DNA of 64,000 nucleotides from Candidatus Multivoradales bacterium (GTDB lineage Bacteria; Acidobacteriota; Thermoanaerobaculia; Multivoradales; JAHEKO01): NCBI GenBank assembly GCA_965223855.1, contig CBDCXM010000009.1, positions 2,720,001 to 2,784,000 of the forward strand, read 5' to 3'. Shown piece by piece: positions 57,160 to 64,000 of this stretch (position 1 is its first letter; each line of letters starts with the position of its first letter). The notes under the pieces were generated by a model. It saw only the letters and a program-made list of their open reading frames with translations, ran no database searches and was not told where the DNA came from. The position numbers and the translations under genes were made by a program.

Positions 57160-58173
57160 GTGAATCAGGTCGCCGATCCGTCTCGCGTCGTCTCGCTCTC
57201 GCTGGTGGTGCTGGCCGCCGTCGCCGTGGCGGTCGCTTTGGCGTACACGCGGGCGTTGATGGTCCCGTTCGTGCTGGCGATCTTCATCACCTATCTGGTG
57301 ACGCCGCTGGTGGAGTTTCTGCGTCGCCGGCTGCGTCTTCCGCGGGTGCTCTCGGTCCTGATCGCGCTGGCGGCGACGGTCGGTCTCTTGATCCTGCTTG
57401 GAGCGCTGATCAGCAGCTCGGCGGGCCGTCTCGGCGAGTCGGCGGAGATCTACGAGCGCGAGTTCGCGGCGATGGTGACCTGGGCGGTCAGTGCACTCGG
57501 TCGCTTCGGATTCGACCTGGGGCAGGAGCCTCTCGTCGACGCCGTGCGGCAGCTTCCGATCCTGTCGATGGTGCGCTCGACGCTGGGGACGATCGTCGAT
57601 CTGGCGGCGACCCTGGTGCTGGTGGTCGTCTTCGTGATGTACCTGCTGTTGAGTCGTCGGCCGCCGGAGCTCAAGCAGGGGGTCTACGCCGAGATCAACG
57701 CGCGGATTCGCAAGTATCTCGCGGTCAAGTTCGTGATCTCGGCGGCAACGGGAGCGATCGTCGGCTCGATCCTCGCTCTCTTCGGACTCGATCTCGCTCT
57801 GGTCTTCGGGGTGATGGCGTTTCTGCTGAACTTCATCCCCTCGATCGGCTCGGTGGTGGCGACCCTGTTGCCGATCCCGATCGCGATCCTGCAGTTCGAC
57901 AATCCATGGACGATCGCCGCGGTCGTCCTGATTCCCGGCGTCGTGCAGCTCGTCATCGGCAACGGAGTGGAGCCGGTCGTCATGGGGGAGGGGCTCGATC
58001 TCCATCCGATCGCCATCCTGCTCGCGCTCATCCTGTGGGGCCTGCTGTGGGGCCCGGTGGGAATGCTGCTCGCGGCACCGATGACGGCGATTCTGCGCAT
58101 CATCCTCGAACGGGGCGAAGCGACGCGCCCGATCGCCGGCCTCCTCGCGGGGCGAATTCCGCCGAGTCGCTGA
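57160..58173 (+). CDS. AI-2E family transporter
   Basis: Multi-TM protein with LNFIPSIGS, GNGVEP, LHP and WGPVGMLLAAP. Confidence 0.9.
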   Translation: MNQVADPSRVVSLSLVVLAAVAVAVALAYTRALMVPFVLAIFITYLVTPLVEFLRRRLRLPRVLSVLIALAATVGLLILLGALISSSAGRLGESAEIYEREFAAMVTWAVSALGRFGFDLGQEPLVDAVRQLPILSMVRSTLGTIVDLAATLVLVVVFVMYLLLSRRPPELKQGVYAEINARIRKYLAVKFVISAATGAIVGSILALFGLDLALVFGVMAFLLNFIPSIGSVVATLLPIPIAILQFDNPWTIAAVVLIPGVVQLVIGNGVEPVVMGEGLDLHPIAILLALILWGLLWGPVGMLLAAPMTAILRIILERGEATRPIAGLLAGRIPPSR

Positions 58174-58409
58174 CTCCGCTCGTCGTCGAGGCCCGTTGCC
58201 CGTGCCTCGTTCGCCTGAGCCCGGTGCTCGAGCCAGGCGCCGCCTCTCGAGGCCGGCCGTGCAGGGCGGTTTCCGTGTGGTAAGGTCTCTCCATCCAGTA
58301 GAGGAACCTCCGGTTGCGGGAGCCGTTCAGGCGGTCTTCGGGCGGGAGGGGTGCATCGACACACTGCGCCGCGTCATCGCCCGGTCGCTTCTGTCGCTGC
58401 CCTCTCGGG

Positions 58410-59741
58410 TCAGGGGAGAGTGGTCGACCAGGCCGAAGTGTCGCCCGACTCGAACCCGTCCAGGAAGATCAGGTTCGGGTCGAAGTAGAAGACCTGATCC
58501 GCGCTCCATGCACCGTCGCCCGCGGTGTTGAGGCCGCGGACGCGCCAGGTGTACTCGCCTTCGACGAGCGGCTTGCCGTCGAACGGGTCGACCGTGCACG
58601 AGGTGCCGGTGCAGACCTCCTCGGTGGCGAACCGCTCGTCCAGGACGGTGTCGATGCCGTCGCTGACGAAGAGCTGATAGCGGGTGGCGGAGAGCTCGTC
58701 CTCGCGATCCCACTCGAAGACCGGCTCGGCGTCGCCGATCACACCGATCGGCGCGACCGGCTCGGGAGCGGTCGGGGGGGCGAGCGTGTCGATCGTGAAC
58801 GGCGTGCTGCGCCAGGAGCCGCGATCGCGCGGATTGCGTCCACGGACCTCCCAGGTATAGCTGCCGTCCGGGAAGTCGTCGGTGTTGATCGTGCACTGAC
58901 TGGAGTTGCAGACGTCGTTCTCCTCGACCCAGTCATTGAACAGCGGCGTCGCCCCGTCGAGAACCCTCAACTGGTAGAAGGTCGCGGTACCGCTCGGCTC
59001 CTTGTCCCAGACGAACGGTGGAGAGGGGTCGTTCACGGTTCCGGTCGGTCCGAGTGCGGTCACGAGGCCCGGGATCGATTCGCTCACGATCTCGGCCTCG
59101 AAGGTTTCCGCAAGAATGTCGAAGCCGCTCGGGTCAGGGTGGCCTACCGCTCCCGGGGGGTCGTGGTAGTGCTGATCGAAGCAGGCCTGGTCGGGGCAAA
59201 GCGGGGTCCAGGGGTCTGCGAACCAGCGGTTGCGGCTCGCGGCCAGGTTGGAGATCCGCCCCCTCAGCGAAGCGACCTGCGAGACCATGCTCCCGTTCTG
59301 TCCGGCCGTGCTTCCCGGGTCCAGGTGGACGATCGAAGCATGAAGCGTGTCGACGCCTCGATTCGCAGCGTTGGTGTCCATCGTCGCCAGATTCGCCTCG
59401 ATGGTGTTGTTCGAGATGCCCGCGAAGACGTCGTTCGTTCCCTCCATGAGGAGCACGATGTCCCACGGCCCCTCGTTGTCGAGCAGGCCGTTGAGGCGCG
59501 AGATGCCCGCCGAAGTCCGTTCGCCGTCCTTGCCCTCGTTGACGACCTCGCAGTCGGGCGGGAAGCACCCCAGGAGATTGTCGAGACGCCCGGGGTAGCC
59601 GCCCTGACCGGTCGGGTCGAACGTGCTGTTACCGGTCGTGATGCTGTCGCCGAATGCCATGTAGCGGAAGATCTGCGCTTCGGCGGGGGGCGCGACCGCC
59701 AGGGTCGCCCAGACGACGAGAATCGGATGCCAGCGTCTCAT
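58410..59741 (-). CDS. Secreted SGNH/GDSL hydrolase with two Ig/Fn3-like repeats and IFLDGFESGDTSAWS tail
   Basis: Signal peptide, FGDSIT, EGTND, GHP; two P.F.WD..Y.L..C....C..G.YTW.VRG.N repeats. Confidence 0.88.
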   Translation of the reverse strand: MRRWHPILVVWATLAVAPPAEAQIFRYMAFGDSITTGNSTFDPTGQGGYPGRLDNLLGCFPPDCEVVNEGKDGERTSAGISRLNGLLDNEGPWDIVLLMEGTNDVFAGISNNTIEANLATMDTNAANRGVDTLHASIVHLDPGSTAGQNGSMVSQVASLRGRISNLAASRNRWFADPWTPLCPDQACFDQHYHDPPGAVGHPDPSGFDILAETFEAEIVSESIPGLVTALGPTGTVNDPSPPFVWDKEPSGTATFYQLRVLDGATPLFNDWVEENDVCNSSQCTINTDDFPDGSYTWEVRGRNPRDRGSWRSTPFTIDTLAPPTAPEPVAPIGVIGDAEPVFEWDREDELSATRYQLFVSDGIDTVLDERFATEEVCTGTSCTVDPFDGKPLVEGEYTWRVRGLNTAGDGAWSADQVFYFDPNLIFLDGFESGDTSAWSTTLP

Positions 59742-60818
59742 CGCGCGTCTCCCCAGCCGGCAGTGGCGGGCGGGGTCGTACCGTCGAACCAGACGAAATG
59801 CACACCTTCTTCCCGCCACTCGATCGCCGGGCGAGAGGCCGACCTCTGCGCCGTGCTGGCTCGGCGTCTCTCCGATCCGCGTTGGTCGAGCTCGACCGCG
59901 TGCCAGCGGTCGGGCACGACCGTACTGTAGCTCAGGCGTGCCCCTCGGTGATCGTGTTGAAGGAGCGGGTCGACGCCACCTTTTCCGCTCCGGTGATCGA
60001 CATCGATCCACGCCCTGCCGTCGAAGCGCGCGAGGCGGATCCTGTAGTCCGCTCCGTCGAAGGCGCTCCAGGCGACGATCGCTCCACCGTCGACGGCGAC
60101 GATCGTCGGGGTGGTGTCCGGGTATGGATTGTCTTCGTGAAGACGTCGGGGCGGGCTCCAGCGGCCGTCGAAGCGGCTCCACATCGTCTCGTCGTCACTA
60201 CCGTCGAAGGCCGTCCAGACGACCATCCAGCTACCGTCGTCGAGGACCGTCACGGCCGGGGCCACCTGGCCTCCCGGCACCCTGGCGGCGATCGTGGCGG
60301 GGGCCCTCCCAGGAGCTCCCCAGCCAGCGGGCGGCACGCAACTCCAGATCTTCCTGGCGGTGCCCCTCCAGCCATACGAGCCCCAGGAGGCGACCGTCGT
60401 CGGCGACCAGTCTGGCGCTGCCGCGCGGCAGGCCGTTCGACGGGGGCAGGGGGAGAGGAGTGACCGTGTCGCCCTCGCCGGCGACGAGGAAGAGATCGAT
60501 GAAGCCGTCTGCTGCGGCGTGGCCGGCGGCGAGGAACCCATCGCTGCCTCCTGCGAGATCGGTCGCCCGGCCTCCGAGGGCCGGCCAACAGTTCTCACGG
60601 CCGCGATCTGGCGCGGACGGAGAGAACGCGCAGATCTCTGCGCCGCTCGACACCGAGAACCAGCCTGTCTCGGTTTGCGGAGCCTGATGGACGAGGCCCG
60701 AGATTGCCGGTCGCTCGCTGCTCGCCACAGGAGCGACGGCTGTCAGGAGAAGGACGGCGACGAGAGGGAGACTCGCGCGGGGGGCTGTAGTGCGACACTG
60801 CATGGAGCGACACTGCAT
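59738..60818 (-). pseudogene. Secreted protein gene split by a single-base frameshift (or sequencing error)
   Basis: The N-half (signal peptide, ORF 60231..60977) and C-half (ORF 59738..60598) join in frame if one base of the G5 run at 60299-60303 is removed (..WEGP|ATIAAR..). Confidence 0.7.
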
Positions 60819-60963
60819 GGTGATCCGGGGTCGATCTCGAGGCCGTCCTGCACGGCGCAACCTTCCGATCTTACCCCGATCCGGGGTCGGCCGCGCGCCG
60901 GCCTGAGCGCCGGCCCGAGCGGGTTCCCTTGCGTCGGAGGACGCTTGCATAGGAGCATCGCGC

Positions 60964-61662
60964 ATGCGCAGGCCCAAGGTCAGGGTGCTCGCCGTGGGTG
61001 GCGAGGAGGCTCGATCCGTCGAGCCTCATCTCGAGAACCTGCCGTGCTTCGTCGAGTGGGCTCCGGACGGGAGGACGGCCGTGCTCCTGGCGGCACGGAT
61101 GACGTACCAGCATCTGCTGGTCGGCTTTCCGCTCCCCGACATGGAGGTGGAGGAGTTCCTGGGTGAACTGCGCCGCCCCGACGGAGCGTCGGCGACGGCG
61201 AGGATGCTGTTGCTGACGACGGAGAAGCGCCGCGAAGAGATCGAGGAGATCCGGGACGAGGGGTTCATCACCGGCGTCGTGGCCGTGGACGGCTCCGACG
61301 TGGCCGTGGAACGCGGTCTGATCAGCTTCCTGAAGGCGGCGCCCCGTGTTCCGGCGGCGTTGCGGGTGAGAATGGTGGCGATCGAGGAAGGCGCGGTGGT
61401 CGAAGGGGAGACCGTCAACCTCTCGGAATCCGGCCTCCTGGTGCGCTCCGAGCTGGCCCTCGAGCGGGGCGACGAAGTGGAGATCGAGATCTCCATGCCA
61501 CGCGGTGTGCCGCTGCGTGCGACGGCTCTGGTGGTGCGGCAACCCAGACCGGAGTACGAGAGCGTCCAAGGGATGGGGCTGCGCTTCCTGGCGTTCGAAG
61601 GGGACGACCAGGTCCGGCTGGAGGTCCTCATCCGAGGGCTGCTGGCCGAGAGCGTCGGCTGA
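60964..61662 (+). CDS. PilZ domain protein with degenerate receiver-like N-terminus
   Basis: KAAPR, NLSESG and GMGLRF. Confidence 0.82.
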   Translation: MRRPKVRVLAVGGEEARSVEPHLENLPCFVEWAPDGRTAVLLAARMTYQHLLVGFPLPDMEVEEFLGELRRPDGASATARMLLLTTEKRREEIEEIRDEGFITGVVAVDGSDVAVERGLISFLKAAPRVPAALRVRMVAIEEGAVVEGETVNLSESGLLVRSELALERGDEVEIEISMPRGVPLRATALVVRQPRPEYESVQGMGLRFLAFEGDDQVRLEVLIRGLLAESVG

Positions 61663-61795
61663 CCCCCGGCCTTTCCCACCTCCGCCGGAGGCTTCCCACG
61701 AGCCTGGCCGGCCGTCGTGACCGCTCCGGCGGAAGGGGGGCTGAAAACGACCCCGCGCTCTTCCGGCCGGTCTTCCGGCCGCGAGGAGGAGGCGG

Positions 61796-61825
61796 TTGCA
61801 GAATATTAGTCAAATCATGTAAGAT
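61796..61825 (+). promoter_or_regulatory. lon promoter with HAIR-like palindrome
   Basis: TTGCAG, 18 bp, TAAGAT; ATATTAGTC-N5-ATGTAAGAT at 61803-61825. Confidence 0.6.
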
Positions 61826-61913
61826 TTTGGGCTCACGGTGAAACCGTGGGGCCGCGCCCTCCGTATCTGGGATCAGCGGCACTGCTGTTCATCACCTCGA
61901 GAGGACCTCACAC

Positions 61914-64000
61914 ATGGCCGACGAGCTTCACCATCTACCTGTCATTCCGCTGCGTTCGGCGGTGATCTTTCCCGGCGTCAAGACCGTCATCAGCGCCGGC
62001 CGGCCGGGAACCCTGGCAGCCCTCAAGAGGGCGACCTCGGGCAAGGAGCGGCTGGTCTTCGCCGTGGCCCAGCGGTCGGACGTCGAGGAAGCCTCCCCCG
62101 ACGGGCTGTTTACGATCGGCACCGTCGCGCGCATCGAGCAGGTGCAGCGGATCGCGGGAGGCGTCCAGGTCCTTCTCGCCGGCCAGCGGCGGGGAATCGC
62201 GATGAGGATCGGCGAAACCGACGGCGCCCTCGAGGCGACGGTGAGGGATGCGGAGGAGATGTGGCCGTCCGATCCCGGCGAGGCGACCTTCGTCGCTTTG
62301 CAGCGCGAGGTCAGGGAGCGCGCCGCGGAGCTGGCCGGCAAGGCGGGCCTCCCCGACAATCTGGTCGACGAGGTGCTGGCGGAGCGCGAGGACGCTTCGC
62401 AGCTCTCCGACCTGGTCGTCAGCCATCTCGAGCTCGAGATCTCCGACAAGCAGGCCCATCTCGAGACCTTGTCTGTCGAAGATCGGCTGCGGCGCACGCT
62501 CGTTCACCTCCAGCGCCAGATCTCGGTTCTCGACGCCCAGACCGACATCAAGTCCCGGGTGCAGCAGGAGCTGGGCGACCGGCAGCGCGAGATGGTGCTG
62601 CGCGAGCAGCTCAAGGCGATCCAGGAAGAGCTCGGAGAAGGGGAGGATTCTACGGAGCTCGACGAGCTTCGGGAGACGATCGAGCAGCTGGAGTTGCCCC
62701 CCGCGGCCAGAAAGGAAGTCGATCGAGAGCTGGCCCGCCTGGCCCGCCTCCATCGGGAGTCGATGGAGTACCAGGTCGTCCGCGGCTTCCTCGAGGTGGT
62801 CGCGGACCTTCCGTGGAACTCGGAGCCTCGAACCTCGGTCGACCTCGAGCGGGCCGCGGAGATCCTCGAGGAGGATCACTACGGCCTGCCGGAGGTCAAG
62901 GACCGTGTCCTGGAGTTTCTCTCCGTCCAGACCCTTCACGGGCAGCGCCTCCAATCCGAGGCGGCCGACGGGGAGGCCGGGGACCAGATCCTCGCCGACG
63001 CTCCGTCCGTTTCGGAGGACGAGGAATCTTCGCCGGACGAGCTGGACCCGTCGCGAAAGGCCCCGATCCTGCTGTTCGTAGGCCCCCCGGGTGTCGGCAA
63101 GACGTCGATCGCTCAGTCGATCGCGCGGGCGACAGGACGTGAGTACGTCCGCGTTGCGCTCGGTGGAGCGCGCGACGAGGCCGATATTCGCGGCCATCGA
63201 CGGACGTACGTCGGCGCGATGCCCGGTCGGATCGTGCAGGGAATCCGCCAGGCGGGCAGCCGCTCTCCGGTGTTTCTGCTCGACGAGGTCGACAAGCTGG
63301 GCACGTCGTTCCAGGGGGATCCGGCGAGCGCGCTCCTCGAGGTGCTCGATCCGGCACAGAACCATGCCTTCGTCGACCACTACCTCGGCATGCCGTTCGA
63401 CCTCTCCGAGGTCCTCTTCGTCGCCACGGCCAACTTCATCGAGCGGATCCCGGCGCCGCTGCTGGACCGGATGGAGGTGGTCGAATTCAGCGGCTACACC
63501 GAGCAGGAGAAGCTCGAGATCGCGAAGCGCTACCTCGTGCCGAGGCAGCGCCGCGAGAAGGCGCTCACCGAGGAGCAGTGGACGCTCGACGACGAGGCGA
63601 TCCGCCACACGGTCTCTCACTACACGCGCGAGGCGGGGGTGAGACAGCTGGAGCGTGAGCTCGGCAAGCTCGCACGCAAGGTCGCCCGACAGGTCGCGGA
63701 GGGGAAAGTCACGACTGCCCACCTCGACGCCGGGCAGGTGAGAGAGCTGCTGGGTCGACCGAGGATTCATCCCGAGAAGGCCTACACCGCCGATCAGGCG
63801 GGGACGGCGACCGGGATGTACTACACCCCCGCGGGCGGGGACATCATGTTCGTCGAGGCGCGCACCATGCCGGGCAGCGGCCAGCTGGTCCTGACCGGCC
63901 AGCTCGGCGACGTCATGAAGGAGTCGGGACGCGCCGCCTGGAGTTATGCCCTGTCGAGATCCTCGGAGTTCGGGCTCGACGAGACCATGTCCGAGCGCGA
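61914..64000 (+). CDS. lon: Lon protease, runs off the right edge
   Basis: Not in the ORF track. Manual translation gives LPVIPLRSAVIFPG, EDHYGL, GPPGVGKTS, GHRRTYVGAMPG, DPAQN and LTGQLGDVMKES. Confidence 0.96.
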   Translation, partial: MADELHHLPVIPLRSAVIFPGVKTVISAGRPGTLAALKRATSGKERLVFAVAQRSDVEEASPDGLFTIGTVARIEQVQRIAGGVQVLLAGQRRGIAMRIGETDGALEATVRDAEEMWPSDPGEATFVALQREVRERAAELAGKAGLPDNLVDEVLAEREDASQLSDLVVSHLELEISDKQAHLETLSVEDRLRRTLVHLQRQISVLDAQTDIKSRVQQELGDRQREMVLREQLKAIQEELGEGEDSTELDELRETIEQLELPPAARKEVDRELARLARLHRESMEYQVVRGFLEVVADLPWNSEPRTSVDLERAAEILEEDHYGLPEVKDRVLEFLSVQTLHGQRLQSEAADGEAGDQILADAPSVSEDEESSPDELDPSRKAPILLFVGPPGVGKTSIAQSIARATGREYVRVALGGARDEADIRGHRRTYVGAMPGRIVQGIRQAGSRSPVFLLDEVDKLGTSFQGDPASALLEVLDPAQNHAFVDHYLGMPFDLSEVLFVATANFIERIPAPLLDRMEVVEFSGYTEQEKLEIAKRYLVPRQRREKALTEEQWTLDDEAIRHTVSHYTREAGVRQLERELGKLARKVARQVAEGKVTTAHLDAGQVRELLGRPRIHPEKAYTADQAGTATGMYYTPAGGDIMFVEARTMPGSGQLVLTGQLGDVMKESGRAAWSYALSRSSEFGLDETMSER

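Overview
High-GC bacterial chromosomal window. Gene style (C-terminal IFxDGFESGD tails, TPR-sulfatase, membrane Ser/Thr kinase) suggests Acidobacteriota/Thermoanaerobaculia, which is inference only. It holds about 50 CDS, including efp, a DEAD-box helicase, pepE, cbpA-clpB, thiO, purA, an agmatinase, mgtE, a cysteine synthase, mscS and lon. It also has a PhaR/phasin/patatin storage-granule cluster, a furan/cyclopropane fatty-acid (photo-oxidative stress) cluster with a CarH-like regulator, tRNA-Lys(TTT) and tRNA-Glu(TTC). Non-coding structure: two copies of a ~190-bp hairpin MITE, a 100-bp tandem array containing inverted tRNA-Glu 3' ends, and three candidate operator sets (HspR-like at cbpA-clpB and lon, PhaR, and 9-bp repeats at the CarH-like regulon). 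The most striking item follows tRNA-Lys: a signal-peptide-bearing, Cys-rich 2468-aa SpvB/FG-GAP/RHS/Hint protein. Its predicted released 130-aa C-terminus has no recognisable enzyme domain but carries eukaryotic-style phosphotyrosine motifs (SIYEEL, YQNV, YQNI, YENI). It is followed by a secreted Cys-rich protein rather than an immunity gene. All calls were made by eye; no database search was run.
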